Shown here one piece after another: positions 49,811-58,146 of a stretch of DNA of 64,000 bases (position 1 is its first letter; each line of letters starts with the position of its first letter). The stretch covers positions 124,001-188,000 of the forward strand of contig NZ_SMNA01000007.1 in NCBI RefSeq assembly GCF_004353825.1. The letters are read 5' to 3'. The notes below the pieces were generated by a model that saw only the letters and a program-made list of their open reading frames with translations, did not search any database and had not been told where the DNA came from. A program made the position numbers and the translations under genes. The stretch comes from Occultella glacieicola. GTDB lineage: Bacteria > Actinomycetota > Actinomycetes > Actinomycetales > Beutenbergiaceae.

Positions 49811-49998
49811 CACGAGCCACCCTCGATCCGGACCGGACCAGCGACCCGCAGCACGTCGTGAGTGTGTGAGTGAGCCGTCCCGGCCGTGCGAGCCTCGTCC
49901 CGGTCGGCGTGCTCGGACCAGTGCCCGCACTCACCACAGAGGACCTCGACGCTCCCGCCTGCCCCGGACATGAGCACGACGGGCAGTCGCGCGCTCAT
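49810..49998 (-). CDS. 62-aa putative Zn-binding protein
   Basis: CGECG...AHSHTH; GAGGAG RBS; ATGA overlap with the stop of the viral-form repressor tail. Confidence 0.6.
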   Translation of the reverse strand: MSARLPVVLMSGAGGSVEVLCGECGHWSEHADRDEARTAGTAHSHTHDVLRVAGPVRIEGGS

Positions 49999-50054
49999 GC
50001 CGCACGCTCCTCGGCGGGCCGCAGCTCGACCACGTTCGAGCGGCCCTCAGACTC
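49995..50054 (-). other. Detached 3' end of the repressor gene (ESEGRSNVVELRPAEERAA*)
   Basis: In frame with the repressor when attL and attR are rejoined as attP. Confidence 0.88.
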
Positions 50055-50094
50055 CGGATCAGAAGGTTGGGGGTTCGAGTCCCTCCGGGCGCGC
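50055..50094 (+). repeat. attR core (40 bp; 3' part of tRNA-Arg)
   Basis: Identical to 34214-34253. Confidence 0.97.
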
Positions 50095-50097
50095 AGA

Positions 50098-50130
50098 AAA
50101 GGGCCAGATTCCAACGAATCTGGCCCTTTC
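50098..50130 (+). terminator. Original host terminator of the tRNA-Arg gene
   Basis: AAAGGGCCAGATTC-CAAC-GAATCTGGCCCTTT hairpin. Confidence 0.8.
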
Positions 50131-50195
50131 GCGTGTCCCTCTCCTCGTGCCGTATCCCCCCGCGTGCCGTCTGCCTCCGCGCTCTCGAGGACGAT

Positions 50196-51116
50196 CTATG
50201 ACCGGCGCGCCGGCGGTGTCGGCCTCGGCGTGTCGGGCATGCGAAGCGGGGTCACGGCACGGCGGGCCAGTTCGCCGATGGCGGCGTCCACCCGTGGCAG
50301 GTGTTGCTCGGGCCGGACCGCTTGGGTGAGAACGGCGACGGCGATCGGGTACTCGTGCGGAAAGTGGACGACGGCGGCTTCATGGCGGAGGCTGCCGAGG
50401 GAGCCGGTCTTGCCGAAGATGGTGACATCGTCGTGGGGAAATCCTGAGCCGATGCGGTGGCGCCAGGCCTGGCGGGCCATGGCGGCCCGCACTAGGTCAT
50501 GGGCCCGGCCGGCCCGCGACCAGAGGATGCGCAGCACCGCCGTCAGCTGGTCCGGCGTGGCGGCGCTCGAGTAGGCGGGATCGTACTGCGAGGTGTACGT
50601 CGGGTGGTCCGGGTCGGCCAGAGCGCGGAGCGCCGCTGGCCGGTCGGCGCTCTCGGTGTCACGGAGGATCGCTCGGGTCTCCTCGGCGGAGCTCTGTCGG
50701 ACGAGCGCCGCCGGAAGTCCGAGCTGGGTCAGACGATGGTGGATCCGCCCGGACCGGATACGGCCGAAGATGGCGTCGCCTGCAGCGTTGTCCGAGATGG
50801 TCAGCATGAGCCGGATGAGGTCGCGTTGGGTCATGGTGACGTCGTCCTGGAGCACAGCAATACCGGTGGGGCCCGGCATGCGGGCGCCGGCGGCCAGGCG
50901 CAGGGGTTCGGCGGGGTCGAGCTCGCCGGCCTCGACCAGGTCAGCCCAGACCAGGGCCAAGGGAAGTTTGTACACGGACGCGATCGCGACCTCGACGTCG
51001 GCGGCCAGTCCGAGAGGCTCTGTCGGCTCGGAGAGGCGGACCGCATGGACATGGGCCCGCACGCCCGCGTCGCGGGCGATCTGCTCGAGGTCGTGTCGAT
51101 GGTCGCGTTGGCTCAT
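50196..51116 (-). CDS. Class A beta-lactamase-fold serine hydrolase without signal peptide (BlaB-like)
   Basis: SVYK, SDN and KTG motifs; coupled to the LysR gene. Confidence 0.82.
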   Translation of the reverse strand: MSQRDHRHDLEQIARDAGVRAHVHAVRLSEPTEPLGLAADVEVAIASVYKLPLALVWADLVEAGELDPAEPLRLAAGARMPGPTGIAVLQDDVTMTQRDLIRLMLTISDNAAGDAIFGRIRSGRIHHRLTQLGLPAALVRQSSAEETRAILRDTESADRPAALRALADPDHPTYTSQYDPAYSSAATPDQLTAVLRILWSRAGRAHDLVRAAMARQAWRHRIGSGFPHDDVTIFGKTGSLGSLRHEAAVVHFPHEYPIAVAVLTQAVRPEQHLPRVDAAIGELARRAVTPLRMPDTPRPTPPARRS

Positions 51117-51940
51117 CGGGTCAGCGCCTGCTCAAGGGCCTGCGTCGCCCTATCGTGATCGATCTCGGGGCGCCGGTGGTTGGGGTGGGGGGCGATGACC
51201 CGCACCCGCAGGGGCGGTAGCGCGGGGTCGTGGACGGCGCCCCTGGGTGCGGGGACGATCTCGGCCGTGTTGCCGGCCGCCAGCAGTGCTCGGCGTTGGG
51301 TGGCATCCGGCGCCTCGACCACCGAGCCGCTGTGTCCCGCGCGTCGGAGCGCATCGATGAACTGGTCGTGGGCCGGTGGCTGGTGATGTCGGGGAGGCAC
51401 GGCGATCGGGAGGGAGCAGGCTGCCAACGAGTCCGATCCCGATGGTCCTTCCAGACGGGTGGGTAGCACGAGCACGGTGCCTGCGGTGAGGCCGTCGATG
51501 ATGCCTGGGTGCCGGACGACGGCAAGGTCCAGGAGGCCATCGCGCAGCAGGTCCGCCAGCTCGACGCTGCCACCGACCGTCGGCACGACGCCGTCCCCGG
51601 TCCCGGCGAGGACGCGGACCACGGCATCGGTCAGGTGGTCCAGGTCGGTTGCCACACCGAGGCGGACCTGGTGGGAAACCAGGAGTTCTGCGGCTTGGTC
51701 CTGGAGGGCGATGGCGAGGCGCAGGAGGTCACGAGAGAGCGGGAGCAACGCCTGACCTGCAGGCGTGATCCGGACACCGCGCGAGTCGCGGTCGAACAAG
51801 CGCACCCCGAGGTGACGTTCGAGCTTTCGGACTCCCTGCGACAGCGGCGGCTGGGTCATGGCCAGATCGCGCGCCGCGTCCCCGAAGTGACGCGAGTCGG
51901 CCACGGCCACGAAGAAGCGCAAATGGCGCAACAGATCCAT
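51113..51940 (-). CDS. LysR-family regulator (BlaA-like context)
   Basis: MDLLRHLRFFVAVADSRHFGDAARDLAMTQPPLSQ. Confidence 0.88.
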   Translation of the reverse strand: MDLLRHLRFFVAVADSRHFGDAARDLAMTQPPLSQGVRKLERHLGVRLFDRDSRGVRITPAGQALLPLSRDLLRLAIALQDQAAELLVSHQVRLGVATDLDHLTDAVVRVLAGTGDGVVPTVGGSVELADLLRDGLLDLAVVRHPGIIDGLTAGTVLVLPTRLEGPSGSDSLAACSLPIAVPPRHHQPPAHDQFIDALRRAGHSGSVVEAPDATQRRALLAAGNTAEIVPAPRGAVHDPALPPLRVRVIAPHPNHRRPEIDHDRATQALEQALTR

Positions 51941-51959
51941 TCCGCTCACGATAGCCATA

Positions 51960-52016
51960 GCGACTCGATTCCAGTCGCCGATAGTCTTTGACTCCTGCCG
52001 CGGCGTGCCACAGGGT
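51960..52016 (+). promoter_or_regulatory. Divergent promoter region with a dyad
   Basis: GCGACT-N7-AGTCGC (51960-51978); TTGACT-17 bp-CAGGGT before ATG 52023. Confidence 0.5.
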
Positions 52017-52022
52017 TGCCGC

Positions 52023-53018
52023 ATGGAAAATGAGCGCACTGCAGTCAAGTCCGACTCGCCCACCACGATCGGCCGCCGCTCCGTGCTCGCCGCAGCGGCG
52101 GCCACGCCACTGGTCGGTCTGGCGCCGAGCGCGTGGGCCGGGTCGCGTGCGCATCCTCAGCCAGGGTTCGCGCGCTTCGAGTGGCTGGGCACCGCGGGAT
52201 GGCGGGTTCGGACGCCGACGACGACCCTCCTGGTCGATCCCTACCTGAGTCGCTTCGACGTCGGCCTCGCAGCAGGCCGGTTCGAGAAGGAGGCCCCCTT
52301 GACGCTCGATGAGGCGGCGGTCGACGCCGTGCTCGGTACTGCCGGAAGTGCAGCCGGCGCCGTCGATGCGGTGTTGGTCTCGCACACGCACTGGGATCAC
52401 TTCGCCGACGTCCCGCACATCGCCGCGACCCGAGACTCGACGGTGTTCACCACGTTGAGCGGGTACCACCTCGCGCAGTCGATGGGGTTGCCCGCCGGCC
52501 AGGTGGCCGTCGTGAAAGGAGGCGAGCAGCTACGCATCGGTGATGTCGTGGTGCGAGTCGTCCGCTCCCTGCACAGCCGCAGTGGTGGTGGTGGTCTGCT
52601 GTTCCCCGGCACCCGGGTGCACGTGCCCGAGCCGCCCACGACCATCGCCGATCTGCCCGAGGGCGACACCCTCGGATTTGTGATCCGGTCGCCGGAGGGC
52701 CGGGGTGTGCTCATCCTCGGTGCCAGCGACTACGACGACCAGGCGCTGAGCGGCCTCGAGGTGGAGACGGTCATGGTGCCGGTGCCCAGCAGCGACGTGA
52801 CCGCAGGCTATGCCGAACGGTTGATGAGCGCGTTGGCACGGCCCCGTACGGTCGTCCTGGTCCATTGGGACAACTTCGAGACCCCCCTGTCCAACCCGCC
52901 TCGGGCTGACTCGGTGACGCGCGAGCGGATGGACTCGCTGATCGCCGACCTCCGCCGGCACTCGCCGCGGACCCGGGTCCTCACGCCCCAGTACCTCACA
53001 CCGCTGGATCTGCTGTGA
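52023..53018 (+). CDS. Tat-exported MBL-fold metallo-hydrolase
   Basis: GRRSVL twin-arginine signal; LLVDPY, SHTHWDH and VHWD. Confidence 0.85.
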   Translation: MENERTAVKSDSPTTIGRRSVLAAAAATPLVGLAPSAWAGSRAHPQPGFARFEWLGTAGWRVRTPTTTLLVDPYLSRFDVGLAAGRFEKEAPLTLDEAAVDAVLGTAGSAAGAVDAVLVSHTHWDHFADVPHIAATRDSTVFTTLSGYHLAQSMGLPAGQVAVVKGGEQLRIGDVVVRVVRSLHSRSGGGGLLFPGTRVHVPEPPTTIADLPEGDTLGFVIRSPEGRGVLILGASDYDDQALSGLEVETVMVPVPSSDVTAGYAERLMSALARPRTVVLVHWDNFETPLSNPPRADSVTRERMDSLIADLRRHSPRTRVLTPQYLTPLDLL

Positions 53019-54010
53019 GCACGGCGGCGACCGCCAAGGGTGCGCGGCCGCGCACGTGGCCGTGGGTGCTTGTCCTTTCCGGCTTTGCGACCGGCCTGCT
53101 CGGTCTGCTCCCGTGGCTGCTCACCGGGGCGAGGCTGCCGTTGCAGAACCTGTGGGATACCGAGATCCGTCCCGGTGACATGCCGCTGGTTCTGCTGCCG
53201 TTCAGCCAGTACGCCCTCACCCTGCTGCCCGGCATGCTGGTCTGGGGCTCCGCTCTCGCTGGGTGCGTGGTCCGGCTCCATCCGGTCCATGCCCGGCTGA
53301 GGGGAGCCATGGTGGCGACGCTGGGCTTCCTGGCGGTGGCGGTGATCGCGACCTCGCAGACCGCGCTGGTGGTTCACGGCGGATTGCGTGCCGATGACCC
53401 CAGAACCGACCGGTACTTCGTGGCGGTCCTGAGCGTGATCGTCGCCTCGGTCGTGGTCGGGATTGTGGTGCTCGCGCTGCTGGCCTGCGGACGGCGCCCG
53501 AGTGCCTCGATCGCTGCGACCGTAGCGGCGCTGGCCGGCGGGATCTGGCTCGACGCACTCATCGCGACCCCGTTCGGCGGCGCACCGTCGACCCTGCAGG
53601 TGGAACTCCTGAGCTACTCCCGCTGGCTCCCAGCGCTATTCGTCGGCGCCGTGCTTGTGTGGTGTGGCGTCGGCGGGCTTGGCAACGCGGTGGCGTGGGC
53701 GGTCAGTCCCGTGCTGCTGTGGGTACTGCCGGCCGGCTTCACCGCGGTCAACTACGCAGCCGGTTCTCGGGTGCTGGCCGGAGATCTCGAGGAGATGCGT
53801 GACGCCGCGCTCGACGTCTTCAGGTCGGCGCTGGGCCCGGCCGGACCTTCACTGGAGTATGCGGGGGTCGCGTTGGGCCTCGGTGTGCTCGGCACCGTCA
53901 TTCGCGCATGCCACGCGCGCCGGCGGGCCTCCTCGAATGGTGCCTCCGACACGACGCCGGCGCAGCGGGCACCGTTGCCCGATCGGGCAGTTCCTCGCTC
54001 AAAGGCCTGA
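53015..54010 (+). CDS. Polytopic membrane protein
   Basis: About 8 hydrophobic segments; GTGA overlap. Confidence 0.7.
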   Translation: MSTAATAKGARPRTWPWVLVLSGFATGLLGLLPWLLTGARLPLQNLWDTEIRPGDMPLVLLPFSQYALTLLPGMLVWGSALAGCVVRLHPVHARLRGAMVATLGFLAVAVIATSQTALVVHGGLRADDPRTDRYFVAVLSVIVASVVVGIVVLALLACGRRPSASIAATVAALAGGIWLDALIATPFGGAPSTLQVELLSYSRWLPALFVGAVLVWCGVGGLGNAVAWAVSPVLLWVLPAGFTAVNYAAGSRVLAGDLEEMRDAALDVFRSALGPAGPSLEYAGVALGLGVLGTVIRACHARRRASSNGASDTTPAQRAPLPDRAVPRSKA

Positions 54011-54069
54011 CGCGCCATGGTCCGGGCCGCTACTGTCACCGGGTCACATCGGACGTCGGAAGGGCCATC

Positions 54070-56064
54070 GTGCCATCGACAGTGATCATCCCCGCCAGCG
54101 ACGTTGCCACCCGGGTCATGCGCACGATCCTGGTCCTGGCAGGCGTCGCGCTCGCCCTGCTGCTGATGCGGCCGTCGGCCGCCCACGCCGACGTCACCGA
54201 CCTGACACCGCCACCGGACGGCTGCCTCGCCTATGACGTGGACGCCGTGCCCTTCGCTGAGACCTCCGACCCCCAGACGCTCGACCTGCAGCTCGACGGC
54301 CCGGTGATCCAGGTCATCATCGAGTGGGCCGGGATCTGGCAACCCGCACCGCTCGACCCGACGATCGGGGTCGAGGTGGTCGGACCGGGTGGCACCCTCT
54401 CCGGCGCGTACGCCGGCACCGAGTCCACGGACGCCACCGCATTGCCGGCCGTCCCGGAGCCGATCGTGTACGGCTACGTCGCCGACATCACCGAGCTCTT
54501 CGGGGCCGGCGCCGAAGGCACCTACACGGTGAACATCACGCCGCCCATCGACGGCATCGACGCGGACGAGGCCCGCTGGGGCGGCGCCACCGTGACCGCG
54601 GTCTACGACAGTTCGCCCTGCGACGACGTCGCCACCGTGATCTGGAAGACCGGCGCCGACTTCTACTTCGGCGGCAACTCGACCTCCTCGCCGACGACCG
54701 AACTGATCGTCTACGACTGGGGCTACCCGCTCACCGAGGACTACGTCGCCTCCTTCTCCACCTCGCACGCGGGGGCCGACAACGCCGCGACCGACTGCCG
54801 GGTCTCCTCCATCTGGGTGGCCACCGGCGACGGGACGGCGCCCGGGAGTTCGGAGGACCTCGTCGACGACGACGGCGTCCCGAACCCGGCGTACGGGGGC
54901 GTCGAGGGCATCGTGTCCCCGTTCACCCCACCGAGCCAGCCGTGCCCACCTGCGACGGTCACGGCCCCCGTGGTCTCCTTCACCCCCGGCAGCATGGGCC
55001 CGGAGCAGACGCTGGTGTACTTCGACGTGCTGATCCCGGCGGGTTCCACGTGGGCGGCGTTCCAGCTCGAGTCGCCGGCCGACAACGGCGGCCACCCCGG
55101 TCTCCCGGAGTCCGGCGCCTGGAGCGGCGCCGGCCTGCTGATCCTGCCGGCGTTCGTGCCGCCGGCACCGGAGATCGCCCTCGAGAAGACCGTTCTGGAC
55201 GGCGCCGGGGCCGCCTGCCCCGGGGTGGAGGGCACCGACGAACTCGTCTCGGGCGAGCCGACCACCCCGGTGACCTACTGCTTCCGGGTCACGAACACCG
55301 GCGACGTGGCCCTCTTCCCGGTCACGCTCGACGACCCTGACCTGGGCATCACCGACGCCGACATGACCCTGGTTTCCGGTGACGACACCGTGCCGCTGCA
55401 GCCGGGGGAGGAGTTAGTCTACTCCTACGACTCCACGATCACCGCGGACCTGCTGAACACCGCGACCGTCACCGGCCAGCCGGAGGGTGGCGGCGAGCCG
55501 GTCACCGACACGAACGACGCGTCGGTCCAGATGTATGTGATCACCGGCACCGTGACCCCGTTCTGCGAGGCGGACGCCCCGTACCTCGGGTACGACATCC
55601 AGACGAACGCGCCCGGGACGACGGCGACCATCACCTTCACCGGTGACGGCGGTTCGGAGTCGGTCACCGTGCCCGTCGGGACCGGCAGGGTCCTCTGGCC
55701 GGGCGCGGAGGTCGGCCCGGACGGCGTCGGGATCGACTGGCCCGGCTGGGACCAGAACGCCGACGGCGACTGGTTCGAGAACGCCGCCAACCCCTACGCC
55801 TGGGCGCGCCCGGACGTGCAGATCACGGTGACGGTCAACCCGACCACGGAGCCGGTCACGGTCGCCTACCCCCCGGGTACGCCGACCTGTGTGACGGCGC
55901 CCCCGCCGAACGAGCCCCCACCGAGCGGTCGGCCGCCGTCGAGCCCGCCACCGCTCGCGGAGACCGGTGCCGGTGATCCTGCCGGGCCGGCCGGCCTCGC
56001 CGCGGCGATGACCCTGTTCGGCGCCGCGCTCGTGGTGTTCTCCCGCCGCCTGGCTCGCCACTGA
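54070..56064 (+). CDS. Sortase-anchored surface protein (LAETG) with Ig-like/DUF11-type module
   Basis: Signal peptide ending AHA; IALEKT..VTYCFRVTNTGDV..NTATVTG; LAETG plus TM plus RR; start uncertain. Confidence 0.8.
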   Translation: MPSTVIIPASDVATRVMRTILVLAGVALALLLMRPSAAHADVTDLTPPPDGCLAYDVDAVPFAETSDPQTLDLQLDGPVIQVIIEWAGIWQPAPLDPTIGVEVVGPGGTLSGAYAGTESTDATALPAVPEPIVYGYVADITELFGAGAEGTYTVNITPPIDGIDADEARWGGATVTAVYDSSPCDDVATVIWKTGADFYFGGNSTSSPTTELIVYDWGYPLTEDYVASFSTSHAGADNAATDCRVSSIWVATGDGTAPGSSEDLVDDDGVPNPAYGGVEGIVSPFTPPSQPCPPATVTAPVVSFTPGSMGPEQTLVYFDVLIPAGSTWAAFQLESPADNGGHPGLPESGAWSGAGLLILPAFVPPAPEIALEKTVLDGAGAACPGVEGTDELVSGEPTTPVTYCFRVTNTGDVALFPVTLDDPDLGITDADMTLVSGDDTVPLQPGEELVYSYDSTITADLLNTATVTGQPEGGGEPVTDTNDASVQMYVITGTVTPFCEADAPYLGYDIQTNAPGTTATITFTGDGGSESVTVPVGTGRVLWPGAEVGPDGVGIDWPGWDQNADGDWFENAANPYAWARPDVQITVTVNPTTEPVTVAYPPGTPTCVTAPPPNEPPPSGRPPSSPPPLAETGAGDPAGPAGLAAAMTLFGAALVVFSRRLARH

Positions 56065-56068
56065 TCCA

Positions 56069-56104
56069 CCGGAGGCCGCCTCCCCACCGGGAGGCGGCCT
56101 CCGG
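56069..56104 (+). terminator. 16-bp hairpin
   Basis: CCGGAGGCCGCCTCCC-CACC-GGGAGGCGGCCTCCGG. Confidence 0.75.
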
Positions 56105-56244
56105 CGCGCCCGTTCGGGCCCGTTCGGACGTCCGGCCCGGGTCCCGCCGCCGACCTGGGTCGAATCGTTTCGCATCCGCCGGCAGATGTGTAGGGTTGTC
56201 GACGCGATCAACCCACCAGGACACTCATCGAGGAGCCCCTTCCC

Positions 56245-56979
56245 ATGCCCGGAGCCATCTCCGTCCAGCTGTACTCCATCCGCAATGCCATGGCGGAGGA
56301 CATGCCCGCCGCCCTGCAGCGCACCGCCGATCTCGGATTCGAGAACGTCGAGCTGTACGGGTACGTCGACAGGGTGGACGCCCACCGGGAGGCGCTCGCC
56401 GCTGCCGGCCTGAGCGCACCCTCCGGGCACGCCCGGCTCGTGGTCTCCGACGACGTACCGGGTGTCCTGGACGCCTCCGCCGCGCTCGGGATGACCACCG
56501 TCATCGACCCGTCCATCCCCGAGGAGCAGTGGGCCACCCGCGAGCTCATCGAGGCCAGTGCCGCACGGCTGAACGAGATCGCCAAACAGGCCGCCGACCG
56601 AGGGCTCGAGGTCGGCTACCACAACCACTGGTGGGAGGTCGCCTCGGTGGACGGCACGCCCGGCCTGGAGATCTTCGCCGCTGCCCTCGACGAGGGCGTC
56701 ACCCTCGAGGTGGACACCTACTGGGCCGAGGTCGGCGGGGTCGCCGCGCCCGACCTGCTCCGCCGCCTCGGTGACAAGGTCACCCACATCCACGTCAAGG
56801 ACGGCCCGGCCACCCGCGACACCAAGGCCCAGCTGCCCGCCGGGCAGGGCGTGGTCCCGGTCGCCGACATCCTTGCCGCGGCTCCGAACGCGCTGCGCGT
56901 CGTCGAGTTCGACGACTACGACGGCGACGTCTTCGACGGCCTCGCGCAGAGCCTGGCCTGGCTGAAGGCACAGGCATGA
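56245..56979 (+). CDS. Sugar phosphate isomerase/epimerase (TIM barrel)
   Basis: SVQLYS, GYHNHWWE, EVDTYW and HVKDG motifs. Confidence 0.88.
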   Translation: MPGAISVQLYSIRNAMAEDMPAALQRTADLGFENVELYGYVDRVDAHREALAAAGLSAPSGHARLVVSDDVPGVLDASAALGMTTVIDPSIPEEQWATRELIEASAARLNEIAKQAADRGLEVGYHNHWWEVASVDGTPGLEIFAAALDEGVTLEVDTYWAEVGGVAAPDLLRRLGDKVTHIHVKDGPATRDTKAQLPAGQGVVPVADILAAAPNALRVVEFDDYDGDVFDGLAQSLAWLKAQA

Positions 56980-58100
56980 GCGAGTCCTTCGTGAGCGCCG
57001 CTCGCTCCGGGCGTGTCGGCGTCGGCATCATCGGTGCCGGAGTGATCAGCACCCAGTACCTGACCAACCTCACGAAGTTCGCCGACCTCGACGTCCTCTT
57101 CGTCGCGGACCTGGACGTGGAGCGGGCCCGGGCCAAAGCCGAGGAGTTCGGCGTGCCCGGCAGTGGGACCGTCGCGGAACTGCTCGCGGTCGACGCCATC
57201 GAGATCGTCATCAACCTGACCATCCCCGCCGTGCACGTCGAGGTCGGCGAACAGATCATCGCCGCCGGCAAGCACCAGTGGAGCGAGAAGCCGCTCGCCC
57301 TCGACCGTGAGTCCGGCCGGCGCCTGCTCGAGTCCGCCACGGCCGCTGGTCTGCGCGTCTCCTGTGCGCCGGACACCATCCTCGGCGCCGGGCTGCAGAC
57401 CGCCCAGCGGCTCCTCCTCGAGGGCAGGATCGGCACGCCGCTGAACGGCCTCGTGCTGCTCCAGGGGCCGGGGCCGGAGTCATGGCACCCGAGCCCGGAG
57501 TTCCTCTTCGACGTCGGCGCCGGGCCGCTGTTCGACATCGGCCCGTACTACCTGACGGCGCTCGTGCAGTTGCTCGGCCCGATCGCCCGGGTGAGTGCCA
57601 CCTCGTCGACGGCGCGGACCACCCGGGTGATCGGGTCCGGTCCCAAGGCCGGCACCGAATTCCCGGTCAACGTGCCGACCCACCACGGTGCCCTGATCGA
57701 GTTCGCCGGCGGTGCGGCAGCGCAGACGACGTTCAGCTTCGAGTCGGTCCGCAAGCGCACCCTGATCGAGGTTGCCGGAACCACCGGCACGCTGGAGGTG
57801 CCGAACCCGAACACCTTCGACGACTCCGGCCATCTGTGGCTGCCCGGGGCCGACGAGGCGGAGGAGGTCCCGGCGGTCGGCTCCACCTACGGCCGGGGCA
57901 GCGGTGCGCTCGAGCTGGCCCGCGCGATCCGCGCCGGGGTGCCCGAGCGGGCGTCCGGCGAACTTGCGTTCCACGTGCTGGACGCGATGATCTCGATCGC
58001 CGAGTCGGCGCTGTGGCACAAGCCGGTGGAGCTCGCGAGTTCCGCGGCCGCGCCCGCGCCGCTACCGGCCGACTGGGACCCGGCTGCGGCGACGCTCTGA
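56976..58100 (+). CDS. Gfo/Idh/MocA oxidoreductase
   Basis: GIIGAG, SEKP, WHPSP and DIGPYY motifs. Confidence 0.9.
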   Translation: MSESFVSAARSGRVGVGIIGAGVISTQYLTNLTKFADLDVLFVADLDVERARAKAEEFGVPGSGTVAELLAVDAIEIVINLTIPAVHVEVGEQIIAAGKHQWSEKPLALDRESGRRLLESATAAGLRVSCAPDTILGAGLQTAQRLLLEGRIGTPLNGLVLLQGPGPESWHPSPEFLFDVGAGPLFDIGPYYLTALVQLLGPIARVSATSSTARTTRVIGSGPKAGTEFPVNVPTHHGALIEFAGGAAAQTTFSFESVRKRTLIEVAGTTGTLEVPNPNTFDDSGHLWLPGADEAEEVPAVGSTYGRGSGALELARAIRAGVPERASGELAFHVLDAMISIAESALWHKPVELASSAAAPAPLPADWDPAAATL

Positions 58101-58112
58101 ACGCATCCGAGC

Positions 58113-58146
58113 ACCGCCCGGCCCGCGTCCTCGCGGGCCGGGCGGT
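58113..58146. terminator. Hairpin between convergent genes
   Basis: ACCGCCCGGCCCGCG-TCCT-CGCGGGCCGGGCGGT. Confidence 0.75.

Larger units (their letters stand above)
34214..50094. mobile_element. Apparently intact small temperate siphovirus prophage (15,841 bp excised circle)
   Basis: 40-bp direct repeats at both ends; repressor, terminase, portal, capsid, tail, lysin and integrase genes with no visible frameshifts. Confidence 0.95.

Noticed and set aside
50050..50094. Second tRNA (Arg-CCG)
   Set aside because: Only the 3' half is present, with no D arm or 5' acceptor strand; it is attR
34214..50094. PICI or phage satellite, suggested by the ~15 kb size
   Set aside because: Encodes its own terminase, portal, capsid, tail, tape measure and lysis genes, and has no primase/replicase module
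50196..51116. Bona fide secreted class A beta-lactamase
   Set aside because: No signal peptide and no recognisable omega-loop ExxLN motif; a regulatory BlaB-like role fits better
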